A DNA stretch of 64,000 nt from Candidatus Bathyarchaeota archaeon (lineage in GTDB: Archaea; Thermoproteota; Bathyarchaeia; Bathyarchaeales; Bathycorpusculaceae), in assembly GCA_963782525.1 (NCBI GenBank), contig CAWAKC010000001.1:448001-512000 (forward strand), read 5' to 3'. The position numbers and the translations under genes were made by a program. Below, in pieces: positions 48,025 to 59,015 of this stretch. A model generated the notes under the pieces. That model did not search any database. It was not told the origin of the DNA and worked only from the letters and a program-made list of their open reading frames with translations. Every line of letters begins with the position of its first letter. Position 1 is the first letter of the stretch.

Positions 48025-48411
48025 TTGCCGCCAATAGTTTTTGTGGGCACAGTTTTTTCTGGCAAAGGCGAAGGAAAAAAATTCATCGGTTTACCCTGGG
48101 TTAAAAGCCAAATCAAAGAAAAACTCGGTTTTTCTCCTTATGCAGGAACCTTGAACATTCGCTTGAATTTGGAGAGCGTTGGAAAAAAAATTTTGCTTGG
48201 AAATGAAGGGGCAATTTGGATTGAGCCTCAAACGGGTTATTGCCCAGGTGTAATGTTCAAAGCGCAAAAAGGCGATTTAGATGTTGCAGTTGTGGTTCCG
48301 AAAATTCCCAATTATCCAAGCGATGTGTTGGAGGTTATCGCATCAGTTTGTCTGCGGGAGCGGCTGAAGTTGGTGGACGGCTGCGAAGTAGCTGTTTCGG
48401 TTAGTGTTTAG
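48025..48411 (+). CDS. ribK: CTP-dependent riboflavin kinase
   Basis: G.VFSGKGEG, LGFSPYAGTLN, LEVIA...LR..L.L.DG. Confidence 0.88.
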   Translation: MPPIVFVGTVFSGKGEGKKFIGLPWVKSQIKEKLGFSPYAGTLNIRLNLESVGKKILLGNEGAIWIEPQTGYCPGVMFKAQKGDLDVAVVVPKIPNYPSDVLEVIASVCLRERLKLVDGCEVAVSVSV

Positions 48412-49900
48412 GGCCAGTTGTTTTTTTGAAGTTTTCCATGTATTCGGTTTCGCAGCCGGATTTTTTGAGGTAGGCGCCGTATGCTGAGAGTGCTTTCATG
48501 GCGCGTGCTGCGTCTTCGGGTGAGGAAAATGAGGGGACGCCGAGTTTGTCGAAGCGTGCGCGGGTGTAGAGGGCCATTTCTGTTTCGCCGATGTCGCACA
48601 TGACGATGGGTTTATGGTAGTTTTCGGCGACTTTGACTATGCCGTCGATATAGACTTCTCTTAGTCCGGGCATATGGTGGAGCCCAAGCAAGATTATACC
48701 GTTTACGGCGGGGTCTTGGAACATTAGATCCGCTGCCATGACGAACATGTCGTCGATTACGGATCCAGTGAGGTCTACGGGGTTTGAGGTAGCTGCGATT
48801 TTTAGAATGATATTTTGGTCTTTGAGTTCCTGGAACTTCTGCAACGTTTCCTCAGAGAAGCGGTCCACTGTTAGGCCCAAGGCTTCGCATTCGTCCACGG
48901 TCATAACACCGGGTCCGCCTGCGTCAGTTAAAATGCCGATGTTCTTGCCCATAGCTGGAGGCTGCATGGCTAAGGCTTTGCCGATGTCAAAGAACTCCTC
49001 CATGTCGCGTGCCCTGATGATTCCGCCCTGCTGGAACGCTGCATCGTAGATTTTGTCAGAGCCAGCAATGGCGCCTGTGTGGGATGCTGCAGCTCTTGCA
49101 CCTGCCGCACTTCTACCTGACTTGATGATGACTATGGGTTTTTTGCATGTAACCTTCTTTGCGATTTTAAGGAATTCTCGTCCTCTGGTAACATCTTCCA
49201 GATAGACAAGAATAACTTTGGTTTCTTTGTCATGGAGCAGGTAGTGGAGGATGTCGGATTCGGTTACGTCGCATTTGTTGCCGAAACTCACGAATTTGCT
49301 GACACCCATCTGGCGCCCAGTCAAGTAGTCTAATGCGGCGACGCCGAAGGCTCCGCTCTGCGTAATCATAGCAATGTTGCCTGGCATTGGTCGGGGTGTA
49401 GCAATGACTTCTTCGCCGGTGGTCAACACTTTGGTTTCGGGCAAAAACAAGGTGTCGATCCCCGTTTTTGAGTAGTAAACTCCAAGGCAGTTGGGTCCTA
49501 AAACTCGGATTCCGCCCTTCGCTGCGGCGGCGACGACTTGGTCTTCGAGTTCTTTGTTGCCCACTTCCTTAAAGCCTGAACTGATGATGATGGCTGTCTT
49601 CACTTTCTTAGTCACTGCCTCCTCCATAATCGAAGGCACAACCTTGGCGGGCACAATAACGACAATTAATTCAACATCGCCGGGAATTTGCGTGATGGAT
49701 TGGAAGCATTTGAAACCAAGGATGGAGTCTTCGCCCGGGTTAACGGGGTACAAATCACCTTTAAAGACGCCTCGGTCCTTGTTTACAGCGAAGTTCTTGA
49801 AGATGACATGTCCAGCTTTGTCGACTTTTTTTGTGGCGCCGACTACCGCGACTGAGTGAGGGTTGAAGAATGCATCCATCTTCTGAAGTGTCTCTTCCAT
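48401..49900 (-). CDS. acdA: ADP-forming acetate/acyl-CoA ligase, alpha subunit
   Basis: GPNCLG, QSGAFG, SFGNKCD, SHTGA (phospho-His), NPVDLTG. Confidence 0.9.
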   Translation of the reverse strand: MEETLQKMDAFFNPHSVAVVGATKKVDKAGHVIFKNFAVNKDRGVFKGDLYPVNPGEDSILGFKCFQSITQIPGDVELIVVIVPAKVVPSIMEEAVTKKVKTAIIISSGFKEVGNKELEDQVVAAAAKGGIRVLGPNCLGVYYSKTGIDTLFLPETKVLTTGEEVIATPRPMPGNIAMITQSGAFGVAALDYLTGRQMGVSKFVSFGNKCDVTESDILHYLLHDKETKVILVYLEDVTRGREFLKIAKKVTCKKPIVIIKSGRSAAGARAAASHTGAIAGSDKIYDAAFQQGGIIRARDMEEFFDIGKALAMQPPAMGKNIGILTDAGGPGVMTVDECEALGLTVDRFSEETLQKFQELKDQNIILKIAATSNPVDLTGSVIDDMFVMAADLMFQDPAVNGIILLGLHHMPGLREVYIDGIVKVAENYHKPIVMCDIGETEMALYTRARFDKLGVPSFSSPEDAARAMKALSAYGAYLKKSGCETEYMENFKKTTGPKH

Positions 49901-50010
49901 AACTTATCCATCCATTCCGCTAAAGGCTACAAACCCCGTTTTTATGTGTTGCTACCCAGATAGGCCCGTTTTGTTTAACTGATTATTTATTTTCTGCTGT
50001 ATTAACCTTG

Positions 50011-50853
50011 TTAACGTATTTTTCGCACGATAACTATGGGTTTATGGCGTATTGCCTCCAACATCTCCCAGGTCACATCGTTGACTTCTACACCGAACCT
50101 TGCTGCCATATCCCAAACCGTGGCGCCTGAACCTGGACCCCGCGCTTTGTCAGCAATGTTAGTTATTGTTAACGCTGTAGCCGCTGAAAGATTACAACCC
50201 GCCGCTGATAGGGGGGTGGAGCTTTTCTTGAGCTTGAGGATTCTGCCTACAAGATAAGTGGCGGTTGCTCCGAAAGAGTGGATGCCTTTGAGTGGATTGG
50301 GTCTTGGCGTGAAAAAGAAGTTGTGGAACTTGTAGGTTTTGTCGGTGTCTGCGATGATTACGCACACATTTTTCTGCAATCGCTGTCGGATTTGGGTTTG
50401 AATTTTCTGCGCGGGCTCATCTGGCTTGTTCAACGGTAAGCTAACGTATGAGTAGGGCAGGTTGGAGCCGTCGATTCCACCTTCTGAACCAAACATAAGC
50501 GCCTGCCAAAACCCAGCGTACTGCAGGGCGACCTGTTTGTGTCGGCTACCAGACTCTAAAGGATAATTTTGCAGTCTTTTCAGGAGACGCGGACCAAAAT
50601 TACAAAGAATTCCAAGGGGGTAACCCCAGATAGCGCGCATCCAGAAGCTTACCAGAACTTTCGCGGTCAAACCCGGCTTTACTTCGCTTTCGTCAACCAT
50701 GCAGCCCAGCGCTGTTGAAACCGCTTTTTCTGAAACCACAACGAAATCATTATCCAGAAGCTTCCCTTCGGCGGCAAAAAGGATCTTGCTGGTATAGTCG
50801 CTGTGGGGCTTCCAGTAATTGGTTGTGATTGCCAACGCTGTGTACTTGGTCAT
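50011..50853 (-). CDS. Coenzyme F420:L-glutamate ligase (CofE)-like protein
   Basis: VVSEKAVS, GIDGSN, VIIADTD. Confidence 0.75.
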   Translation of the reverse strand: MTKYTALAITTNYWKPHSDYTSKILFAAEGKLLDNDFVVVSEKAVSTALGCMVDESEVKPGLTAKVLVSFWMRAIWGYPLGILCNFGPRLLKRLQNYPLESGSRHKQVALQYAGFWQALMFGSEGGIDGSNLPYSYVSLPLNKPDEPAQKIQTQIRQRLQKNVCVIIADTDKTYKFHNFFFTPRPNPLKGIHSFGATATYLVGRILKLKKSSTPLSAAGCNLSAATALTITNIADKARGPGSGATVWDMAARFGVEVNDVTWEMLEAIRHKPIVIVRKIR

Positions 50854-50950
50854 TGATTAGGGCACGCTACAACTGCAAGGTTGGGTTTTGACCTAATAAA
50901 GGCTTAAGCCTAAATCACAAACCAACCAATTGAACAGAAGTTAGAGATAG

Positions 50951-52006
50951 CTAGAATAGTGCGTAGGGGAAGCCTTGGTTGTTCTGGTGGAGTTTGCCTT
51001 TTATTGGGATTTGCTGTCCGCAAACGGGGCATTTCATGTCGCTTGTTAGGTTCCAATTGGTGATGTCGAAGCTGTTACGTTTGATGACGGCTGTGTCGCA
51101 GTTGGGGCAGTATGTGTTTTCGCCTGGGTGACCTGGAACATTGCCCATGTAAACATAATTTAAGCCTTGATTTTTAGCTGTGAGATAGGCGCGTTCCATC
51201 TCCTGAACACTTGTCGCTGGAGTAGTCGTTAATTTGTATTCAGGATGGAAACGCAAAAGATGAAAAGGTGTGTCTGCCCCCAAATAGTTTTTTATCCACT
51301 TTGCCATTTCCCGGATTCTATCCATCGAATCCCCTATCTTTGGAACCACCAAATTGGTAATTTCAACGTGTACTCCTTGCAGCTTGAGTTCTTTTAGGGT
51401 TTCGTAGATTGGTTCAACGTTTGGCACTGACATGACGGATTTATAGAATTCGGGGTCTCCGCCGCCCTTGAAATCAACGGTTGCTGCATCAAGGTAGGGC
51501 GCGATGGTTTTTACGGCTTCAGGCGTCATGTAACCATTAGTTACGAACGTGTTGAATAAGCCTGCTTCATGCGCCAACTTCGCGCTGTCGTAAGCGTATT
51601 CCATGAATATGGTGGGTTCAGTGTAGGTGTAGCTGATTCCTTGGCAACCAGCGTTCTTGGCGGATTTGACTACTTCTTCGGGTGGAAAGAGGTTGCCTGC
51701 GACTTCGTGGTCTTGACTTATCATCCAGTTGTCGCAGAATTGGCAGCGGAAATTGCAGCCAGCCGCAGCAACTGACAACACCAGTGCGCCCGGGTTGAAG
51801 TGGCTTAGGGGTTTTTTGCTGATAGGATCTACGCCTACAGAAACGGCTTTGCCATAGTTGAGGGTGTAGAGGGTGCCTCCTCGGTTTTTTCGAACTAAAC
51901 AGAAGCCAGTTGTGTCGTCACTAATCAGGCAGCGCCTTGCACATAGTGCACATTTTACTTTGCCTTCAGGCTGCCTCTCATACAACATCGCTTCATGTAA
52001 AGACAT
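50951..52006 (-). CDS. amrS: AmmeMemoRadiSam system radical SAM enzyme
   Basis: CALCARRC, DPISKKPL, GCNFRCQFCDNW, YTYTEP, TYCPNC. Confidence 0.9.
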   Translation of the reverse strand: MSLHEAMLYERQPEGKVKCALCARRCLISDDTTGFCLVRKNRGGTLYTLNYGKAVSVGVDPISKKPLSHFNPGALVLSVAAAGCNFRCQFCDNWMISQDHEVAGNLFPPEEVVKSAKNAGCQGISYTYTEPTIFMEYAYDSAKLAHEAGLFNTFVTNGYMTPEAVKTIAPYLDAATVDFKGGGDPEFYKSVMSVPNVEPIYETLKELKLQGVHVEITNLVVPKIGDSMDRIREMAKWIKNYLGADTPFHLLRFHPEYKLTTTPATSVQEMERAYLTAKNQGLNYVYMGNVPGHPGENTYCPNCDTAVIKRNSFDITNWNLTSDMKCPVCGQQIPIKGKLHQNNQGFPYALF

Positions 52007-52332
52007 AACAAATCCACAAAAGACTAGAGATAGTTTTTGTTTAAAAGTGTTGACCTCTTCACTGCTCTAACGACGTTTTTGGAAGTCAAATAGGTTTTAA
52101 ATAAAGGGCTTAAAGAAATAGATTAGGTGGATAAAAATGGTCAAATACGCCAATATCGCGGTTCCCAGTTGAAGTAAAGAAATATTTGTAGTTAATGAAG
52201 GGTAGCAGAGCATGGGGCGAGTTTTTATCAGAATGCAATGAGCACCAACAACTTGACAAGAAAATTAAACTCACCTAACTACAAAATTAAGAAATTTAGG
52301 AAAATTTTTCATTTAAAACGAAAAATGGTTTC

Positions 52333-52668
52333 CTACAGTAACTTGTTAAAAAAGCAACTGTATTCGCCGGTGTGGCATGCAGGACCCGTCTGTTCAACAA
52401 TGTAGAGTATTGAGTCGTAGTCGCAGTCAGTTGCGACAGAAATGACTTTTTGGGTGTGTCCCGAAGTTTCACCTTTAACCCAGAGTTCATTTCGGCTGCG
52501 GCTCCAATAGGTGGCTTTACGGGTTTTGAGGGTAAGCTCAACTGCTTCTTTGTTGGCGTAAGCTTGCATCAGGATTTCCTTTGTTTTTGCATCCTGCACA
52601 ATGACTGGAATGAGCCCATTACCTTTTTTGAAATCTAATTTTTCTAGCAATTCTTGTTGTTTAGTCAT
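52333..52668 (-). CDS. hisI: Phosphoribosyl-AMP cyclohydrolase (monofunctional)
   Basis: [27 protein letters not shown]. Confidence 0.95.
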   Translation of the reverse strand: MTKQQELLEKLDFKKGNGLIPVIVQDAKTKEILMQAYANKEAVELTLKTRKATYWSRSRNELWVKGETSGHTQKVISVATDCDYDSILYIVEQTGPACHTGEYSCFFNKLL

Positions 52669-53468
52669 GTTCGTATTGTCACCCCCATTTTACGAAGGTA
52701 ATCCTTCACAACTGGAACAGGGTAATTGTTATAGTGAAAAATCGATGCAGCCAACGCCGCGTCTGCCTTGCCTTCGGTTAAGACCTCTAAAAGGTGTTTG
52801 GGTACTCCTGCTCCACCGCTTGCAATGATGGGCACGTTGACGCGTTCAGATATGGCTCGGGTTAATTCGATGTCGTACCCGTCTTTTGTGCCGTCTTTAT
52901 CCATCGAGGTTACGAGGAATTCGCCTGCACCAAGCTTCTCAGCCTGCATCGCCCACGCTAAAGCATCGATACCCGTGGGTTTTCTGCCACCATAAGTGAC
53001 TACTTCAAACCAAACCTTGCCCTCGCCCGTTTCGACCATTATTTCGCCATTGGTGGGCGTTCGGTTGCGTTTAGCATCGATGGCACACACGACACATTGT
53101 CTGCCGAAAACGTCGGCTAATTCGGTTATGACTTTGGGATTTTCCACTGCTGCTGTGTTAACCGACACTTTGTCCGCGCCACTGCATAAAACTAGTCGTG
53201 CGTCCGACACGTTGCGAACGCCTCCGCCGACAGTGAAAGGTATACTGATCGCTTTAGCGACACCCTCAACGACACCACGCAAGATATCCCGCTTCTCAGA
53301 AGACGCCGTTATATCCAAGAAGACCAGTTCGTCAGCACCCTCGTCAGAGTAGCGTTTAGCCATTTCAACTGGGTCGCCTGCACATTTTGGATTCAAGAAG
53401 TTAACGCACTTAACCACTTTCCCATGGTCAACGTCTAAGCAGGGTATGATTCGTTTTGCAAGCGGCAT
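52665..53468 (-). CDS. hisF: Imidazole glycerol phosphate synthase, cyclase subunit
   Basis: [29 protein letters not shown]. Confidence 0.96.
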   Translation of the reverse strand: MPLAKRIIPCLDVDHGKVVKCVNFLNPKCAGDPVEMAKRYSDEGADELVFLDITASSEKRDILRGVVEGVAKAISIPFTVGGGVRNVSDARLVLCSGADKVSVNTAAVENPKVITELADVFGRQCVVCAIDAKRNRTPTNGEIMVETGEGKVWFEVVTYGGRKPTGIDALAWAMQAEKLGAGEFLVTSMDKDGTKDGYDIELTRAISERVNVPIIASGGAGVPKHLLEVLTEGKADAALAASIFHYNNYPVPVVKDYLRKMGVTIRT

Positions 53469-53470
53469 CT

Positions 53471-54205
53471 TTAGGCTCCTATTTTTTGTATGGCTTCCTT
53501 TAACGTGAAGCGTCCTTCATAAAGGGCTTTCCCGATGACCGCGCCTTCAACGCCGATTTCTTTTAGAGCAGCTAAATCGCCGATACTTCCGATTCCTCCT
53601 GCCGCTATGATTTTGGCGTTGGGGTATAATGCGGCTTGGCTGAGCGTTTGTAAGTCTGGACCGCTGAGCATGCCATCTTGGGCTATGGATGTTATCAGGA
53701 AACGCCGAACACTTAACTCGGTGTATTTCTCGAGTGCACCATCTACAGTCATAGCAGTTTGGGTTTTCCATCCTTCAACCATAACGAGCCCCTCCTTGTT
53801 GTCCAATGCTACAATGACGGATTCTAAGCCGAATTTTTTTCGGATTTTACCAATTGCCGAAGGGTCATTAAACGCTAAGGCGCCAAGGATGACTTGGGAT
53901 ATGCCTGTTTGGAAGAGTTTTTCTGCCGCTTCGTAGCTGCGTATGCCGCCGCCGACTTGTATGGGTAAATCTACGTTTTTTGCAACTTCAACGATGACAG
54001 CATGGTTGTTGCCAAGCGCAAAAGCCGCGTCTAAATCTATGATGTGAAGTTTGGCGGCGCCTTCGTCTCGCCAGCGTTTTGCGGCTTCAAGTGGGGTGCC
54101 GAATTCGCCTTCGTAGAATTTTGCGGTTTTTGCTTCGCCGCGGGTTAAGCGGACGATTTTGCCGTTCATTAAATCGATTGCTGGAATCAACTGCATATTG
54201 GTCAC
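53471..54205 (-). CDS. hisA: ProFAR isomerase
   Basis: IPAIDL, DLDAA, QVGGGIR, GKALYEG. Confidence 0.95.
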   Translation of the reverse strand: MTNMQLIPAIDLMNGKIVRLTRGEAKTAKFYEGEFGTPLEAAKRWRDEGAAKLHIIDLDAAFALGNNHAVIVEVAKNVDLPIQVGGGIRSYEAAEKLFQTGISQVILGALAFNDPSAIGKIRKKFGLESVIVALDNKEGLVMVEGWKTQTAMTVDGALEKYTELSVRRFLITSIAQDGMLSGPDLQTLSQAALYPNAKIIAAGGIGSIGDLAALKEIGVEGAVIGKALYEGRFTLKEAIQKIGA

Positions 54206-54807
54206 TTCACGACTGTTTTGACGAAGTTTTGAAGGATTTTAAGTCCGATATCGCCTGATTTTTCTGGGTGGAACTGGGTACCGTAGATGTTTTTTTGGGC
54301 GACTGCAGATGTGAAGGTTGTTCCGTATTCGGTTTTTGTGCAAACGATGGTTTTGTCTTCGGGCACGGGATAGAGCGAGTGGACAAAGTAAACGTAAGTA
54401 CCTTCTGCTACGCCGTCGAACAACTCGTTTGGCTTCACGATATTTAAGGTGTTCCAACCCATATGGGGAACCTTAACGGTTTTGGGCAACGTGACGTTTC
54501 TGCCCTTGAACAGTGCTAATCCTGTGCCTGGTCCTTCTTCGCTGGATTCAAAGAAAAGCTGCAAACCCAAGCAAATGCCAAGTAGCGGAGTACCTTCTTG
54601 GATTTTGTTTTGGAGGGTTTCTTTGACTGCGTCGAGTTTGTCGGATGCGGCGGTGAAGCTTCCGACACCCGGCAATGCGATTGCGTCGGCTTTTGCTAAG
54701 TCTTTTGCTGTGGTGCCGATTGACGAGGTTAACCCTGCTTTTTCTAACGCTGTTTTGAGGCTGAGGAGGTTGCCGACGCCGTAGTCGAATATGACTGCTT
54801 GCGGCAT
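54202..54807 (-). CDS. hisH: IGP synthase glutaminase subunit
   Basis: DYGVGN, GICLG, PHMGWN, QFHPEKS. Confidence 0.96.
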   Translation of the reverse strand: MPQAVIFDYGVGNLLSLKTALEKAGLTSSIGTTAKDLAKADAIALPGVGSFTAASDKLDAVKETLQNKIQEGTPLLGICLGLQLFFESSEEGPGTGLALFKGRNVTLPKTVKVPHMGWNTLNIVKPNELFDGVAEGTYVYFVHSLYPVPEDKTIVCTKTEYGTTFTSAVAQKNIYGTQFHPEKSGDIGLKILQNFVKTVVK

Positions 54808-55382
54808 TAGATAACTCCCTTGGAGCTGGGCACGCCTTTGCGTCTTGTATCCATGGCTATGGCTTGGCGGAGTGAAAGTGCGAGGGCTTTGGTTGCGGCT
54901 TCAGCTTTGTGGTGGTCGTTGCTGCCGTACTCAACGAACATGTGCACGTTCGCCTGTAACGATTGGGCTAAGGATTCGAAGAAGTGATTAATGTCTTCGG
55001 TGGGCATTTCTTCTACTTTTTTGCCGCGGAGTTTGAGGTCGATTTTGAAGTAAGGACGCTTGACGAGGTCAACGGCGGCGAATGCAAGAGAACAGTCCAT
55101 CGGTGCGGCGGCGTTGCCGAACCGTGTGATGCCTTCACGTGTGCCTAACGCTTTGTTTAGGGCTTCACCCAAGCCTATGGCTAGGTCTTCGACGCTGTGA
55201 TGCACTAAGTCGCCCTTGACGGAAGCGGTTATGTCGATTAAGCTGTGGGTGGCAAGGGAAGTAATCATGTGATTGAGGAACGGCACGGCTGAGCAAACCG
55301 ACACTTTTCCATCCCCGTCTAAGTTCACGGATACTTTAACTTCGGTTTCCTTGGTCTTGCGGTAGACTTCTTCGGTTCTCAT
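54807..55382 (-). CDS. hisB: Imidazoleglycerol-phosphate dehydratase
   Basis: RKTKET, HHSVED, NDHHKAEA, PSSKG. Confidence 0.96.
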   Translation of the reverse strand: MRTEEVYRKTKETEVKVSVNLDGDGKVSVCSAVPFLNHMITSLATHSLIDITASVKGDLVHHSVEDLAIGLGEALNKALGTREGITRFGNAAAPMDCSLAFAAVDLVKRPYFKIDLKLRGKKVEEMPTEDINHFFESLAQSLQANVHMFVEYGSNDHHKAEAATKALALSLRQAIAMDTRRKGVPSSKGVI

Positions 55383-56503
55383 TCATCTTCTCCTTCAATC
55401 TCTTTTAGTGCTTCGATTAGTTTTGCGTTCATTTCTGGCAAGCCAACGGTGACGCGGAAGCAGTTCTCGTACTTGAGGATTTTGCCGCATTTCTTAACCA
55501 TGATACCCTTCCAAAGCAACTTCTGGTTGACGATGTCGGTGGGCTTTTGGGTGTTCATCAGCACGAAGTTTGCTTGCGAGTCGAAGGCTTGTACTCCTTC
55601 TATTTCGTTGAGTGACTTTATCAGTTTTACCCGTTCATTCTTCACCTGCTTGACAGAATCCATCATTAAATCGACGTTGTCGAGCATTTTGGAGCCCATC
55701 CTAAGTGTAAAACCGCTAACAGGGTAGGGAAGGGGGGCTTTTTCGGTCAGAAGCTTAGCTAACTCTGGGTTTGCAACGGCGTAGCCGAGCCGAAGTGCTG
55801 CTAAACCGAACGCTTTGGAGAAAGTCCGTAGAATAATCATGTTCTCGAATTCCCTTATCCTGGGCACAAACGAGTAGTCAGCGAATTCGCCATAAGCCTC
55901 ATCCAAAATGACTATGCCGGGGAACGCGTGTGCTAAGGCTTCGATGTCTTTTGCTTTGTATTGTGTGCCGGTTGGGCTGTTGGGCGAACAGAGGTAAAGG
56001 AGTCTTGTTTTATCTGAGAACTTAGCTAACACTCCTTTAACGTCGAGCTGCAGATCTTTTTTGAGCGGTACTTGGAGGTATTCGCCTTCTTGGCGTTTAA
56101 CACAAAGCCTTGGAATACTGAAGGTTGGTGTAAACGAGACCGCCATGTCACCCTTCTCTACAAAAAGTCTGATAATGCGGTCGATTAATTCATCACTTGC
56201 GTTACCAACAACAAGGAATTCTTTTGGAACTTTCATGTAGCCCACGATTTTTTCTCGCAGTTTAATCTCCTCTTCCTCGGGGTACATTCGTAAATCGATT
56301 TCATCAGCCAACTCTTTCACAAGTTTAGCCTGTTTTACTCTAGGCATGAACAAGTTCTCGTTGAAGTCTAACTTGATTATCTGTTTTGTTGTGACGCCCA
56401 GCTGCTTCGCCACTGTTTCGGGTGTTACTCCAGCGGAGTAGCAGTCTATTGCTTGAAGTTTTTCGAGTTTCTGTTTTATCCATTTCTTGTATGATTCGCT
56501 CAT
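55379..56503 (-). CDS. hisC: Histidinol-phosphate aminotransferase
   Basis: NEN, PNSPTG, DEAY, RTFSKAFGLAALRLG. Confidence 0.94.
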   Translation of the reverse strand: MSESYKKWIKQKLEKLQAIDCYSAGVTPETVAKQLGVTTKQIIKLDFNENLFMPRVKQAKLVKELADEIDLRMYPEEEEIKLREKIVGYMKVPKEFLVVGNASDELIDRIIRLFVEKGDMAVSFTPTFSIPRLCVKRQEGEYLQVPLKKDLQLDVKGVLAKFSDKTRLLYLCSPNSPTGTQYKAKDIEALAHAFPGIVILDEAYGEFADYSFVPRIREFENMIILRTFSKAFGLAALRLGYAVANPELAKLLTEKAPLPYPVSGFTLRMGSKMLDNVDLMMDSVKQVKNERVKLIKSLNEIEGVQAFDSQANFVLMNTQKPTDIVNQKLLWKGIMVKKCGKILKYENCFRVTVGLPEMNAKLIEALKEIEGEDE

Positions 56504-57801
56504 TTTTCTAACCTTGCCTGAATTGCTTTGTAGTGATTGGGAAGATTTTCAGTTTCCGAAATAACCTTGATGCTGTCCTTGACTCTTTCGAGGCCCACTC
56601 TTGTGCTTTCGACTATACTTACGCGTCGCATAAAGTCAAAGACTGACAAACCTGAGAACGACTGAGCGAAACCGCCTGTGGGCAAGACGTGGTTGGTTCC
56701 GCTTCCATAGTCGCTTAATGCAACAGGGCTATAGGGACCTAACAGTATGAGTCCAGCAGTGAGTTTCTCTGCAACCTCCTTGGGGCAGGCTGTCATGACT
56801 TCTAAGTGTTCCGCAGCAAACTGATTTACCAGTCCGATTGCCTCGTCAATGCTGCTGCAGATTATGATGAAACCATATTTGGCTAGTGACTCAGAGATTT
56901 TTTCGCTTCTTTCTGCAGAAGCGACGACTTTTGCCAGATTTTCCTGCACTTTCAGAGCGAGCTCCTCAGAAGTTGTAATGAGTCCAGCAACGCTATCTAC
57001 TCCATGCTCAGCCTGCGAAACCATATCAAACGCAATCAACCGTGCATCAGCCGACTCGTCCGCCAACACGAGCACTTCGCTTGGACCAGCAGGCATATCA
57101 ATCGCAACATCCGTCGAAACCAGAACTTTCGCTGCTGTCACGTACTTGCTGCCGGGACCCACGATTTTTCGGACGGGCGCAATGGTTCTTGTGCCGTAAG
57201 CTAAAGCAGCTATGGATTGGGCACCGCCTATTTTGTAGACTTCGTCGACTCCGCAAATGTCTGCGGCAACTAAAACTAATGGATTAACTTTCCCTTGGGT
57301 ATCTGAGGGCGAACACACGACAACTCGAGGGACACCTGCAACTTTGGCTGGAACAACCGTCATGACAAGTGTGCTTGGGTAAACGGCTTGTCCGCCTGGA
57401 ACGTAGCATCCGACACTTACAATCGGACGCAGAACAGTCTGCACCGATATTCCGTCACTGACGGTTTTGATGTCGGTTTGAGTAAGCAGTTGCTTTTGGA
57501 ATTTGCTGACTTTTTCTTGTACAAATTTTATTGCGGAGATTTGTTGGGGAGTGGTTTTTGTGTATGCTTCTTTGATTTCTGCAGGTTTAACTCTGAGAGC
57601 ACGCGAAGACAATTCAGCCCGGTCAAATTTTAAGGCAAACTCCACAAGCGCCGTATCGCCGTCTGCTTTTACCTGGTTTATTATCGCTTGGACGCTAGTT
57701 TGAAGCTCTTGTGTTGCTTTCTGGTCTGCCTGCTGCCTTCTAAACCAGTCGGCTGGCAGCTCTTTAGAGTTCCAGACTTTTATGTTGAATCCTGTTTGCA
57801 T
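56500..57801 (-). CDS. hisD: Histidinol dehydrogenase
   Basis: YVPGG, DMPAGPSE, QAEH, AEHLE, GTNHVLPT. Confidence 0.96.
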   Translation of the reverse strand: MQTGFNIKVWNSKELPADWFRRQQADQKATQELQTSVQAIINQVKADGDTALVEFALKFDRAELSSRALRVKPAEIKEAYTKTTPQQISAIKFVQEKVSKFQKQLLTQTDIKTVSDGISVQTVLRPIVSVGCYVPGGQAVYPSTLVMTVVPAKVAGVPRVVVCSPSDTQGKVNPLVLVAADICGVDEVYKIGGAQSIAALAYGTRTIAPVRKIVGPGSKYVTAAKVLVSTDVAIDMPAGPSEVLVLADESADARLIAFDMVSQAEHGVDSVAGLITTSEELALKVQENLAKVVASAERSEKISESLAKYGFIIICSSIDEAIGLVNQFAAEHLEVMTACPKEVAEKLTAGLILLGPYSPVALSDYGSGTNHVLPTGGFAQSFSGLSVFDFMRRVSIVESTRVGLERVKDSIKVISETENLPNHYKAIQARLEK

Positions 57802-58781
57802 TGACCTTCGTTTCTCCGTGCAATCTCGTCGAGCGCTAGGACCTGTCTTGGCTCATAAACGACTAAGCCCTGAGCTAATTTGCGGATCTTAGGTAGCAAC
57901 TCGATTAAGCAGTCTTTTTCGATTACAGTGTTTACGCTAACCCATGTGTCGTCAGCCAACGGTGCGATGGTGGGGTTCTTTAATGCGGGCAATTCAGTGA
58001 GCAGTCTTTGCAGGTTTGCTTTCTTGACGTTGACGAATATGTGGATTCTCTTTGAACCGTCCACGACACCTTTGAGCAAAGCAACTATGTCGTAGATTTT
58101 TTCACGTTTCTCTGGGTCTTCAAGGCTTTTCTTGTTAGCAATCAGCACTGCTGACGATTTTAGGACAGTCTCTATGATTCGCAGGTTGTTAGCTTCTATT
58201 GTTGTGCCTGTTTCGGTTACATCCATGATGCAGTCAGAGTCTTCTGGCGGCTTAGCCTCGGTTGCACCGAAGGAAAGGAAAATTTTGGCTCGTGCGTTGT
58301 CACCTTTTCTCCACCACGGGGTAACAAGCATCGGTTCGGCATTGCCAAACCTCTTCTTGTACTGGGGTGTGCTCTTTAGGTATTCTGAGGCGATGTTGAG
58401 GTATTCAGTGCTGATTCGGAAATTTTTGCCCTGACTCCAAATCGACTCCATAAACTCGCCTACTGTACTCTTTTCAGGGACACTTTTAGGCACGGCTATT
58501 ACGAGTTTGATTTTTCCGTATTCGAGATTCTGGAGGATTTCGACGTCGGCTTTGTTTTCTTTAACCCAATCTTCCCCTGTGATGCCGAGGTCTTGGAGGC
58601 CTTCGTTGACAAAGACAGGGATTTCTTGGGGGCGAAGAACCTTCATTTCGATTTGGGGGTCGTTTATGCTGGGACGGTAAGTGCGTTCTGTTCCGCCGAT
58701 TTTGAATCCTGATTTAGAGAAGAATTCCGCTGTGGCTTTTTCTAGTGAGCCTTTTGGTATTGCAAATTTTATTTTATCCAT
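57780..58781 (-). CDS. hisG: ATP phosphoribosyltransferase (long form)
   Basis: AIPKGSL, RPQEIP, GATEAK, DVTETGTT and a C-terminal regulatory domain. Confidence 0.95.
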   Translation of the reverse strand: MDKIKFAIPKGSLEKATAEFFSKSGFKIGGTERTYRPSINDPQIEMKVLRPQEIPVFVNEGLQDLGITGEDWVKENKADVEILQNLEYGKIKLVIAVPKSVPEKSTVGEFMESIWSQGKNFRISTEYLNIASEYLKSTPQYKKRFGNAEPMLVTPWWRKGDNARAKIFLSFGATEAKPPEDSDCIMDVTETGTTIEANNLRIIETVLKSSAVLIANKKSLEDPEKREKIYDIVALLKGVVDGSKRIHIFVNVKKANLQRLLTELPALKNPTIAPLADDTWVSVNTVIEKDCLIELLPKIRKLAQGLVVYEPRQVLALDEIARRNEGQCKQDST

Positions 58782-58942
58782 AAATTTTTTTCTCCTGAAC
58801 TTTTAGAGAGGTATCTAACGGGATTTTGTCTGCACAAAACGGGTCTTTGGGGGTTGCGCCTAATTCTAAATAGCTAACTGTTGTTACGCTTTCAATGAAG
58901 GCAATCGCCTTGTATGAACGCAATCCCTCATCATATACCACT

Positions 58943-58975
58943 GGAAGACACCTGAACTCCTGTCTTCCTAATAAA
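58943..58975 (-). promoter_or_regulatory. his operon promoter: TTTATTA box abutting the inverted repeat GGAAGACA-N10-TGTCTTCC
   Basis: Perfect 8-bp inverted repeat at 58943-58968 directly downstream of the TATA at 58969-58975. Confidence 0.55.
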
Positions 58976-59015
58976 TCTGTTTCCCAATATTTAACTGTCG
59001 GACACCAAATAAGCG

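Noticed and set aside
2246-58434. Many 60-190 aa ORFs overlapping or antisense to the long genes
   Set aside because: Shadow frames of well-supported genes, with no motifs or RBS.
58880-58935. Box C/D sRNA (ATGATGA) or His-attenuator peptide in the his leader
   Set aside because: No downstream CTGA box D, and only one His codon.
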